DNA of 64,000 nt from the human T2T-CHM13v2.0 reference genome, Homo sapiens. Under the pieces are notes generated by a model, which searched no databases, had not been told where the DNA came from, and saw only the letters and a program-made list of their open reading frames with translations. The position numbers and the translations under genes are program-made. The stretch is from assembly GCF_009914755.1 (NCBI RefSeq), contig NC_060936.1. One strand, 5' to 3'. This document shows, piece after piece, positions 52,448 to 64,000 of this stretch. The number at the start of each line of letters is the position of its first letter. The stretch's first letter is position 1.

Positions 52448-55400
52448 TGCAAGGCTACTTCTCCTTACTCTTAGTGACACAATCCAATTAACTAGCTACA
52501 ACTGGCTGCAAGGGAGGCTGACAAAGTATCTTACCTTTTTCAGGGGAGACTTTGGGTAGCAAACCAATATCAGTCACAGAATTCTACTGAAAATGCAGGG
52601 TATGGAAGCATCTGAAGTCACAAGGTTGGGCTGGACAAATTAGAGCCTTCACCTCCATGAGGGAAGACCATGGACCCCTTACTCTATATCCACACTCAGC
52701 CTGCAGGGACAGGGCATTATTGCCACGAGCCAGTCTGTCCTGTATACTCACTGGATTAGGGATTCCACTTTCAGAATTTTATCACCTTAGCACCCAGCAC
52801 AGTGCCCGGTACACAGCAGGTACCCAATACGTGTCTATTACACTGAAATGTTTATTGGCACATGGTCTAAAGACAGTGCCAGGGAATCCTGTGAAAATGC
52901 AGTGCTGATTCGGGAGATCCAGGATGGGGATCCAAGATGATGCATTTGGAACAAGCTCCCAGAGGATGCTGCCGTCTGGTCCGAATCCTGGGCCCCACTT
53001 TCAATAGAAAGGGCCTAGGACATGCAGAGTAAAGTCCTTCCTCCTGAGTTAGCAGCAGCTACTTGTGCTTCATTCATGCAGGCATGAAGCTGCTTGCAAG
53101 GATGTTAGCAGATATTAGATATGGCTGGTGGGGAGGAGTAAGGAGGGCCTTGGCTATGCCTTTTTCCAAGATCCGGGAGCTGGATGCTCAGAGATCTCAT
53201 CCCTGGCTTCCTTGTCCACTGAAAACAAAACAGCAGTATACCCGGGTGAGGAGAGAGACCAGCCAAGCACGTCTTTCAACAACTCTTAACTTGCTTGGCT
53301 CCAGCCACGAAACAGGAACCCGCCATCCCCCTAGCTCGTCCCTGGCCCTCAGGAAGTGCTGAGGCTCTGCCGGGCTGCATGAGTGAGGGGCCGATGTCTT
53401 TCAGATGTTGGGGCTTCAGCGGGGGAGTGGGGTAAGCTGGGGAGAGGGAGCATTTTTTTGTGAATATTTTACCCACGGAAAAAGCTGAATTCTCTAGAAC
53501 AGACCTCTAGATTTTTTTTTTTTTTTTTGGTAGTGGGAAGTGAGTTACTGGAATTTCTTCTGAATTCGAAGCCAAACAAAGTTTCTTGCGGTTTTAGTTA
53601 CACAAGCGGCTGCTGCCAAGATGGAATGAATGAGAAGAGCCACTGAAAGGAAGAGACAGTGAGGGGCTGGGGGAGGAGGGTGCAGAACAGGACCCAGGCG
53701 CAGCACAGAACAGCCCTCCAGGCGGGCATACTGCCCGCTTCTATGCTGTCAACTCTTTAGGGAGAGAGCTCACTGTTCTGTCTGCCTCCCAGGATCAGAA
53801 TTAAAAAGAAAAAAGGTCTGTGAAAGTGAGGCATACACTGGCAGACACGCACACATGTAAATGATTATCATTGCTTTGTAATTTACCATAATTCCGGCCT
53901 GTGCACTCTATGGGGTCCTGCTTTGTTCAGTTTCCTGACTGAGTGGCAGTTGGACGAGACACTTCTGCCCCTAAGCTGCAGGCAGGCGGCTCTCATTTCA
54001 GCCTTGTTCCAGTGTGAGTCTGCAGGGAAGGGATGCCCGCTGCTCCAAGGGGAAGCAAGGATAATTAACTTCTACCAGTGATCCCCAAACTTCATTTTCC
54101 TTAGAGCCTGAAGCCTCCTCCTTGTTACCTTCCTGGTAGCCACAGAATGGGCCAGGGCCATGTGTCTCCTTTCATTTCTCCAGCCTGCCCTCTGGTGGGC
54201 GATGCCCTTCAGTGAGCGGGGCCTGGGGTAGGGCCGTTCTGCAGATCCTGGGTTGGCTTCCAGTGGTGCCTGGCATCTCTCCTGCTCTCTGGGAGGAGGG
54301 ACGGGCCGCTAAGTGCTGACGGCAGCCTGTCACTCACACCTTGCTCCCTCTGTAGAAACACTCTGTTTCTCTCCATTCCATCCCTGCGTGTTACCTAGCA
54401 GGAATTTCCTCTTCCTTGGGTCAAGCGGGTGGGAAGGGCTCATGATTGCTGACTGAACTCAACCCTTTACACTGGGCATTCAATGTCATCACATTGATAA
54501 CTTGAAATGGGCAGTAGTGGGAACATTTACACCACAAAAACTGGCATATGCTACACCCAGAGCTTTCCTTCCCCCTCTCCTAAAAGCCAGTTGCTAAAAC
54601 ATTTAACAACATACCACTGGCTGGAACCACTTGTGAAGGTGACGTAGGGCTGCAGGGAGAGCCCAGGTAGTGGAGGAAATGGCAGCCTTCCTTCCTTGCC
54701 CATAGCCTGTGCCGGCTACAACTCAGGAGCTTTTGGAACTTAGGAGCTCTGTTCTTAAACTCTCCTTAAACACCTCCTCATCCCAGACGGGTTGACTTTC
54801 AATGAGAGGACTCTGCTGTGCCGCAGAGCTGGAATCACTCAAAGCAGAGTGATGGACGAGACTTACTTTCGACGTTCCTAGGCTCCCTTCCACCGTTCCC
54901 TGGTCTCCAAACCCCATGTTCTTATCTGACGGTATTTCTACTCTTTTTCTCAACCTGTTGCTAACGTGCTCATTCGAGAGAGGCTGGTGCGCACCTACCC
55001 AGCGGCTTTTTGGGCGGCAGTGGAAGGGAGTGTTTTATTAGGAATTTACGTTATATGTGCAAGGAATACCACATGGATGGTAAAGTTCAGCCGTTTTCCA
55101 CTGAAGATAGGGATTCTTCAAACTGCACAGCTTTTCAGGCCATTTCGTTTAGGCGAGCCCTCATGTTATAGTCAGGGAGTTTGAGGCCCAGGGACATTTC
55201 CCAGGGGATGAACTCTAACTAAAAATGAAGGTCTCCTAGTCCTGTCGCCTGTTTTCTTCACTCAGCTGTTTAAAGGGATGTTGCCTCGTGTGAATTATGG
55301 ATGACTGCCAGAGTTATTAGAATGAACAGAGTTACCAAGAGCTAAATACTCGTCATTTATACCTGGCCGGTTCTGTTTTCAGTTGTCCTTTTTCTTTGCA

Positions 55401-56809
55401 AAGAGCTTTGAAACAAGACTGGCCTGCTTGACCTTCCATTTAGAGTTAATGTCAAAGCTTGCTGAGGCCTGGGAAACAGGTTTGGTTGTTTGCATTAAAA
55501 GGGAGTAGGAAGCAAGAACCTTAATTATCCTAGGCTCTGGCCTATTTAATAAGGAATTTGAGAAGATGTCTTAGTGGCTAGTATTCCTAGAACATAATAC
55601 TTGAAAGTGGAGCGAGCGGGTGAAAATATGCCTTAGGCAGGAAGCCAGATAGGAAGGGCCAGTGTCTACAGGCTCTGCACAGTAAGGACCCTGTGGGAAG
55701 ATGTCACAGGTAACAGGGCCTGATGGCCCAGCACCCAGCTGCTTTGCAGTAGTTCTGGCTTCGGGGCTTCTCTGGGTGGCTGAAGAACAGGTCTGTGAGG
55801 TTCATTCGGGGGCTCTTGTTGATCAAGTGTGGATGGTGTGCCGGACACAGGGCTGGGGCTGCAGAGTGGAGGAGGCGCAGTCCCTCCCCCGAGAGCACTG
55901 TGGCCAGTGGAAGGAGACAAACAAGAAACAATGACAGGACCCAGGCTCAGGCTGTCATGAGCAGCCCTCCTCTGGAGAGTGGGAAATGTGCGTTGGGAAC
56001 TCATGCTTACAACTTTTATGTTTTTTCTTACTGAGCAATGCTCATAACAGGAGAAAGGATTTCTTCACTGTCCCAAAAGAATGTGCCTCAGGACTGAAAT
56101 TGGTAGTGGCCCTCCCTTACTCATGTGCCCCAAGCACATTGGAACGCCAGAGGAATTTTAAGCAGATTTTTATTCTTGTTTTCTGGAGGCAAAATCTAAA
56201 GTGAAGGGTGTGTGTGGAGAGGTCATGCAAGAAATTTGGAAGCTGTGTGCCTTGTCTGGCTGACTGTCCCAATTACCCCGGGCCCAGAGGTGGGAGGTCC
56301 CACAGGGGCCTGCCCCCAGTTGACAGAGGGCTCTTTACCGTTAGGACCCCTTCTGGGTTTCTCAAATTATGGCTTTTCCTCCTTCATGGTCTCCTGGTAC
56401 TTTTAACCCCTTCTCTCCATTTTTCCCAAGGAATATTCTAGAGGAAGGGTTTCTGGGAATGACCTTCCCAAGGGGAGGGATCGGGCAAGTATTGAGTCAT
56501 TCCTGCTCGTCTGGATTGTGATTGCGACCCGTGCCTCATGGAGTGTCGCTGGATACGCGATCAGTGTCCCTTGAGGCAGTGCTGCACATGGTGCAGTTCC
56601 AGAGAAATGAGGGAATGAGAATGAACGTGGCTGCTCGTGTGTTCCGTGGCTGTTTAGGAAGGTTGGGTCAGTGGAGATCAGGGCCCGAAGAGCAGTTTCA
56701 GCCTGCGTGGTCTTGATGTGGTCTTGGCTGATGAGAAGCTCCCTCCAATTCTGTGATTCTGGGTAAAGCAGACCATGTGCCATCGGGAGTGCTCCTGTGA
56801 TTCTTTAAG

Positions 56810-57180
56810 TTAGTAATTCTCATCCCTGGCCACACATAAGAATCATCTGGGATCATTTAACAAAAAACAATGCCAGGATCCTACAGTCTACTCCACGCCC
56901 TTCATTTTCAAACTTGAGTGGGCACCAGAATCACCTGGAGGATTTGTGTAAACACAGATTCCTGGGCTCCAGCTTCCGAGTTTCAGTGGCTCCAGGATGG
57001 AGCTTGAGAATTTGCATTTCTAACAAGCTCCCAGGTGACTCGCTGCTGCTGGCCTGGGACCACACTTTGGAAATCACGATTATGAACAGGAATCAGAATT
57101 TCTGAAGATGTGGCCTGGGCATCTGAATTTTTTCACATTCTCCAGGTGATTTTAACATATAGCTCTGGCTGAAAACGATT
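56810..57180. mobile_element. Nested MER5-family elements
   Basis: Two sets of AGAATCA(C/T)CTGG and (T)CCAGGTGA motifs. Confidence 0.65.
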
Positions 57181-57362
57181 TCTGATCATTGATTTTTTTT
57201 TTTTTTTGCATCATCCAATAACTATTCATTGGTCAGACTGTGTGCTAGGCACTGAGTTAGAGTTGAAGACCCTCAAGAATTCCACTGACAACTGAATCAT
57301 CAAAGGGAACCGAGCCCTGCCCAAGGACATACAGTTGTTTTCCTCTTCCTTGTCCTTTGGAG

Positions 57363-58160
57363 AAGCACAGCTGAAGCTTCCTGCCCACACCCCAGCCCCT
57401 CCTCCTTGAGCATGAATGTGCAGTAAGTATGAGAGCCTGTCATTTACCCTCCCTGGCCTCCCTCTCCAGCCAGCTTCTCTCTGAGGAGTGAGGATTTCTT
57501 GCTAAGTACATGATGATGGCCTGTTTACTTTGCTCTGGAGTTTGAGGCTCTTGCGCAGATTCTGCCTTCCTGGACAGTTCAGGAACCAATCAACCAGCTG
57601 GCCTTGGCAACCTAGAAAGCATGGTCAGTTGCCCTGAAATAGGTTGATTGCACCCCAGAAGTGCTTTTCCGCCTCTCCCCATCAAAGGTGTTTGCAACCC
57701 CATTTTCCCTCTGAGTCAGCTTGTCCATTAATGGGTTTGTGTTCCTTGATGGGGTCTGTTTTTCCAGGGTCTTGAGGAGTGGCCCTTTCCACCCAGTTTG
57801 GCTGCGGGGCTGAGAAGGTGCCCTTGCATTTTGTATTGTGTGTCCGTGGTGGGTCTGTGCCTCCCTTCTGTCTGTTTTCCCTCAGGACCACCCACCGCCC
57901 CATGCTTGTATCTACAACAGCTATGAGGAAGAACATACAGATTAATCACCCTGCTGCGGGATGCCAGCTACCCAGTGGCTCTGGCAGCCCCAGTCAATGG
58001 ATCCTGCAGTGTAGCCTTCATCAGTAGAGCTGCCACTGCCAGCACCCAAAAGGTAGCACTAATATGCATGTGTGACCTGAAAATTACAATGTAAATGGTG
58101 GGGCAACACATGTATAGGAAGGTAAATTTTAATTAAAAGTCTGTTCTCCAACTCAGCCTG
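57363..58160 (+). ncRNA. Candidate last two exons of a spliced, polyadenylated sense intronic transcript (possibly CACNA1C-IT3)
   Basis: Pyrimidine tract 57335-57358 with AG at 57361 or 57369; donor GCA|GTAAGT at 57423; strong acceptor CTCCCTTCTGTCTGTTTTCCCTCAG|G ending 57885; ATTAAA at 58132-58137. The IT3 assignment rests only on recalled position. Confidence 0.4.
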
Positions 58161-61100
58161 CCTTTAAAGATACAGAAATGCCAAGCTGTCAGGCTGCCGG
58201 TCGGGTTAAGAGGGTTCTCTCGTGCACTGTGGACCAAGCTGGGAGAACTAGGGCTTCATTGAAATCGGATGCCTTTGACTAATTATGCACCAAATGCATC
58301 CCATATGGGGAAGATATGCCCTCAGGTGGTTAGCAGAGCCAGCAGGAGCCAAGCTTCCTGAAAAATGCTGGGTCTTCTCTCCTGCAGTGTCAGGGGGTGC
58401 AGACAGTACAGAGGGAGGGTATGAGAGTCGAGGCACATGCCAAAAAGGAGCAGGTGGGAAAAAAGAGCCCATGGCCCAGCAGCAAATTGTGTGTCTTTGA
58501 GTGGATGTGGCTTTTGAGGCACTATGCCCAATAGTCATCCTGAATTTCCTTCACTGCCTGGGGAGGGGGTGGATGGAGGAGGGAAACTAGCCACCTCCAG
58601 AGGCAACCCTGCTGGACAAAACTCACTTTTAGAACCATCAGAAGCCCATTTTCCTGTGGAAATCTACGGGGAAGAGATAGAGAAGAGCTGCAGAGTCTAT
58701 TAAATGTGTGCTTGCTGCCTGGTCTCCGGTATAGTCAGGAAATCAGATTTGTACAGTGGAAATTCATTCATGCCACAAATATTTATTGAGTGCCTACACT
58801 GTGCTGGTGGTACTAGGGACTGGGGATACAGCGGTGGGTGAGATAAAGGCACGACGCCCTCACCGAGACTTGTGTGCCACTGGAGAACATGGATTAAACC
58901 AGGCGTTACGTGATCAGTGTATCAGTGCCATATGGGCAATGATCCAAGCTGCCGATGGGTACACACCGGGGACACCTAGTTCTTAAGTGACTTTTTAGGA
59001 TCCCAAGTGGTCAGAACAGCTTCCCTATTTTGCCATTTACATGTTCACATTCACTTAGCTCAAGTTACCCTTCTGATAAGAGGAAATTCGCGTCAAGTCA
59101 CATAGAATCACTGAATATTTGCACTTGGAGGATCACCTGGCCTAATTCTTCTGCTTTACACATGCAGATGCTGAAGGAGAGAAGTTAAAGAACCTGTCCA
59201 AAATCGCACAGCTAGTTAGTAATAAAGCTTGGGTGGAATTCTGCTTTTCTGACTCCCAGATTAGTATTTCTTTGACTTTACCTCCCCTTTGGAAAAATGA
59301 AGCGATTCAGGGGAAGTTCCTGGGCATTTATGGCCAAACTGCCCTCGCTCTGAAGATTCAATGTTTTAATTGGCCCGGCAGAGCTGGAGTCCACAGGTGG
59401 TAAGCATGGACAGGTGGAGAGCCAGCATCAGAGAGAGCCTCCTGGCCAGCGCCTGCCTTGCTTCACAGATGTCAAGGCAATTGGGGATTGGGGGCAGGGT
59501 ATGATAAAGGGCATCAGGAAAGTGGCAGTGCTGGGGCACTGTCCTCTGGGCCTCCCTGGGCTCAGCTGGGCAGGGGCGTGTTTTCAGAGACAATGGTGTT
59601 GACTCCCTCTGGGCAGCCCTGCAGGGTGGCAGTCCCACAACAGAAATCTTGGAGCAGATATGTTGGAGGATATGTATAAGAATGAGGGATTAGTGCTGGT
59701 TGGGGGCAGAAAAAATGCCCTCTTGGGGAGAAAGAAATGATCTGTGACAAAGGACTTCCTTTCCTAACCAGGCAGACTCTGGAAGATGACCACGAGGCTG
59801 GGTGGGAAGGTGGCAGTGGAAACGTGATTAATTGTACTGTCCATGGACAGTGAGCCGAGGAGCTTGTACCTGGCTTTATTAGAGACATACACTCGGGGCT
59901 GCTCTACCCAGAATCCCTCCTGCTGCCTCCAGGGCTGCTCCACTCTGTGTCTTAGAGATGAGAAAAGGAGTCAAGGACTCCTACCAGCGTGGAATGGTAA
60001 CCTCTGGAGGGGAGGTAGGTCTCCCAGGGATCTGAGACGTGTTCCAGGAATGGAATTCCCAGTATCCTTGGCAGTCATTTCAGGATCTTGGGGACCTAGG
60101 GATGCTGTCTGGACTGCTCTAAAATAGCCCTTCTGTGGCTTCCTCAAATGTATTGTCTGAATCAGCAGCTTCAAAGTGATATCAGGGGGTTTACAGCATG
60201 GATGTTGGAGCTATGTAGACTGGATTCAAATCCCCAGTTCTACCAATTCCAGCTCTGTGTGCAGGGCACTAGAACTTGCTGAGTCCTAGCTCCTTTGTAA
60301 TATGAGGTGATGGTGAATATGTCGTAGGGTTGTTGCCTGGATTGAAAGTAGGTAAAGCACCTACTAGCGTGTCTGGCACCTGGGAGGTACTTAAATGGTA
60401 ACCCTTATTACAACAAAACAATAAAAGGTCCTTCCTTTTAAGCCAGAAAAGTTATTTGGAAATGGAACAGTCTTTTAATGACGGGGACTTAAAATCCCAA
60501 ACCACCAGCCAAAACAATCAAAATGGAACCCAGACGGATATTTGCTCAAGGGCCCCTGGCTTCTCAAGGGCCTACTCCGCCGCAGAATTTGCCTGCACCA
60601 CCTACTGGTGGTTTCTTAGAACTACACACTCTCTTTCTCGACTGCTCTTTGGTGAGCAGGACACCAGGAGAGGCAGGGAGGAAAGGAAGGTAACTAGTAG
60701 TTTTGCAACTGTTTTAATTACTTCAAATTGAGATGTTTGTAAATAAGATGTTAGAGTCTGGAGCTTTTGTTCGGTCTTGTGTTTAGCGTAAATATAGTTT
60801 TATTGAAACTCGTCACAGAAGTACCCTGCAGTGGAGGGCGCAGGATTTGGCTGTGACGGAGCAGAGCTAGAGGCCACTTGCAAATGGCAGCGTTTGGAAG
60901 TGCCTGTTCTGGGTAGAGCATCCAGGCTGCTTTTGATTGGCTGTTTGTCCCTCCCACGAAGCAAGAAAGGTGAATGTAACCAGCCCACTGGAATCGGTCC
61001 TTTTGCCATTAACGTCACCTCTGTTTACTACGTGGGAAGAGTGATTCACATGCAGGAAGAAGACCTTTTCCAGAAATCCTCCATCAGCTAGAAGAAGAGA

Positions 61101-62676
61101 GAGATCCTAATTAGGGAGCCATGCCACATTTCATTCTGAGATTTTGTTTGGAAGCATTTTTCCAACTGAGAAGGTAGGAAAGGGTCGTTTAAGTTTCCCA
61201 CTGTTCTGTTGGGCTTAATGACCTGCCCAGGTCTCAGGCTGCTCTGAGCTGAGCTGTCAGTGAGACCAGCAGGAGGACATCACTAGGACTGGAAATAGCG
61301 TGGAGTCAATTGACAGACAGCCATGAAGCACTACTAAGTGCCAGGCCTTGTGCTGGCTCCCGGGGAGGCAAAGAAACATAGAACATGACCTTGGTCCTTA
61401 AGAGGTTGAGAGTTTAGTAGACAAGAGAAGCCTGTGCTAAATCTGTGTACAATAGTGAGTGAAGCAAGTGCTGAGTCCTAGTGGACAGGTCCATCCTCTT
61501 GTGGAATATTGGAGAAGGAAGCATGCATGTGTTCAGTTAGACACAGTTTCTGACCTCCAAGGTGAAGGTTCAATTCCATGCACGTTTATTGTGTCCCATT
61601 TTGTATAAACAGAGCACGTTTGTTGATATTCTGAGGTATTTGGAGAAGGACACAGTTGAGTACCATTTTTCAGCCCTTTCACATTGTGCAGTACAGAGGT
61701 CAGGAGCACTGTTTCAGGAATCAGACAGCCCACGTTTGAAACCTCCAGGACTTACCACCTGTATGTCCTTGGTCAAGTTATCAAACCTCTCTACAGCTTC
61801 ATGTATCCAATCAACAGACGTTTACTAAATACTGTACCGGCACTGGCAGGCAGGCTAGAGGGACTGAAGGGATGTGCAGAGGTTGGTGGAGAGGGTGAGC
61901 AGGGCAGAGACTGAGTGTGTCTAAGGAAAGCTGCCAGCTTTAGGCGGCCTGGGGAGCTTCTAGTTCTCAGCCAATCTCTTCCCTGAATGGGCAGCCTATG
62001 GGTGAAGGTCCAAGTGGGGATGTGGCTGTAGTGTCTCTTCCTGCCTTTCTCCCATGCCCTGCGGCACCAGGCCCACACTGGAGTGCTGGTGGGAGCCTGC
62101 ATGCCTGGTTAAAGGGGCATGCCAGAGAGCTTTCCGTAATTGCGTCCTTTCTTTTTTTTTTTTTCTGGTGTATTTATGAGTTTTAAAAGCCCCTTGGCAA
62201 CCCAGGAAATTCCATTTCCCTCTGCAGCTCATTTATACCTTCCTTGATATATGCCCAGGCACAAACACTTGTGTGTATTATTTGGTTGTTCACGGGGGAT
62301 CTTGTAAAATCTGAGGCCTTAGTGGGTGCACTTCAGGCTTGAGGGCAGGAGAGGGAAAGGAGCAGAAGGTGAGAAGGTAACCTCTGGCAAGGAAACGGTA
62401 ACACTTTTAAATCTCCTCTGAAGACCAAAAGCAAAAGAAATGGGCTCAACCTGTAGCATAAGTGTGCTAGAATAGACACAAGCAAGTTTTTCCTGATAGA
62501 TGTCAAATGCCTTTTTGCCTGTTCACAATAAGCTTTTATACATATGGCCAATTCTCATCTGACTGGGACAAGATGCAGGGAGTGGAATAAACTAAATGTC
62601 CAGTGTGCGTAATTGGTGTTGCTATAATTAATATTTTTCAGCCCTGTGACTCCATGAATGCCTCTAACACCTAGAG

Positions 62677-62899
62677 CAGGCTTGTCCATCCCATGGGCCA
62701 CTGGCCACACGTGGTCCAGGATGGCTTTGAATGTGGCCCAACACAAATGCATAAACTTTCATAAAACAGTATGAGATTTTTCTTGCATTTATTTTTAGCT
62801 CACCAGCTATCACTAGTGTTAGTGTATTTTATGTATGGCCCAAGACAATTCTTCTCCTTCCAATGTGGCCCAGGGAAGCCAAAAGATTGGGCATCCCTG
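62677..62899 (-). mobile_element. MER30 hAT-Charlie element
   Basis: Ends GGCCCAGGGAAGCCAAAAGATTGGGCATCCCTG; 8-bp TSD ACCTAGAG / GTCTAGAG. Confidence 0.88.
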
Positions 62900-63199
62900 G
62901 TCTAGAGCCTTCCACAGTTTGACCTTTAGAGTATCTTGCTTTGGCTTATTCTTTTTCATATGTATGTACTTCATTTTCCAAACCATATTATACTCTTATC
63001 ATTTTTATTTGTATCCCTACCACGGCCTAAAATAGTGCCTGAATATAGTAGACAATAAGTGTTTGATGAGTGACTAATAGATAACAGCAGCTTCCAGTGT
63101 CTGCCAGTGCTTACACTATAATTTATCATTTTTTTCTTAAGGTGACAGAGAACTCTTGTAATAACTCTAATAGCAAGTCTTCTTTTGTGCTAATATATT

Positions 63200-63760
63200 A
63201 ATTGAATCATTTATTAACTTTCTAATAATATGCACCAGCCACTGTCAGGCACTAGTTATTCAAAGGAAGACGAGACACAACCCTGACCAGACATGAGGGG
63301 TGTTTACCATCCACCTGGGAGATGGGCATATAATTTAAAATGAAATATCGATTGGTAATATATTAATGAAGAGTATATATTCATAATTTAGGACAGAGGA
63401 AGTGCTTTTTGCCTGGCCTTAAAGGGGAGAGTTTCGGGGAGGATGTATTTGAGCTTCATCTTAAAGACGAGCAGGAGTCAGCGAGAAGACATGGCAGCGG
63501 TGGTGGGTCCTGGCAGAAGGAAGAGCGTGGCCCATAGCATGAGGCACGGGTACGGTTGTGCTTGGGGAGCCCTGAAGAGGCGGCTGCTGAGGAAGGTGGA
63601 GCTGGAAACGTAGATTGGAGTCAAAGCACGAAGGCCTTGAATACCCTGGGCAGAAGCTGAGCAGGCAGTCAGAAAGGCCCTGAGGAGACTCGGAAGGGTC
63701 ACCTGGGGCAGTGGAGAGTGAGGGGCGGGGGAGGCTGGCCAGGAACCATCGCGGTAGGCC
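63200..63760 (-). mobile_element. L2 LINE fragment
   Basis: Diverged L2-like motifs (TTTGAGCT..CTTAAAGAC, GGCCTTGAATACC). Boundaries approximate. Confidence 0.6.
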
Positions 63761-64000
63761 TGATGTGGTGGGGGAAAGATTCCTCTTGTGCGTGCTGTCG
63801 GGATACATCATGGAGCCTGAAGCATGCCAAGAAACCAAGCAAGGGAGCGTGGCCTCAGGCTTGCCATCCGAGCCATCCAAGCCAGAGGAACCCAAGTACA
63901 GCTGCGGGTGAAATGGCTTTGTTAGTTAATATGTAACATGTCGCCTCAATATTGAGCATCTCTGGCAGCCGCTGGGACTGCGGGCGCGTTGTTGGTCACA

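Overview
This is human (primate) genomic DNA with no credible protein-coding exon. It is packed with Alu, L1, L2, MIR, hAT and Tigger repeats. The dominant feature is an in-phase array of 191 x 30-bp units (GACCCTGACCTGACTAGTTTACAATCACAC) at 19595-25324. I recognise this from memory as the human-specific tandem repeat in intron 3 of CACNA1C (12p13.33, the bipolar/schizophrenia GWAS interval), here in a long, uncollapsed allele. The window is therefore most likely CACNA1C intron 3, sense on the + strand. Points beyond that known identity: (1) the array sits in a 1,946-codon stop-free + strand frame, (DPDLTSLQSH)n, which the ORF track missed because it has no ATG/GTG/TTG; (2) the 30-mer appears to derive from an old L2 3' end; (3) unit junctions form about 160 periodic CpG/RTCGTG (NPAS4-ARNT-type) sites, and variant units switch nuclear-receptor half-site flanks; (4) the array has higher-order structure. 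Two further TE-derived minisatellites (22 x 31 bp and 2.6 x 56 bp), a candidate spliced and polyadenylated 3' end near 57.4-58.2 kb, and several motif-dense candidate enhancers are also present. Repeat family names and locus identity come from recognition, not from database searches.
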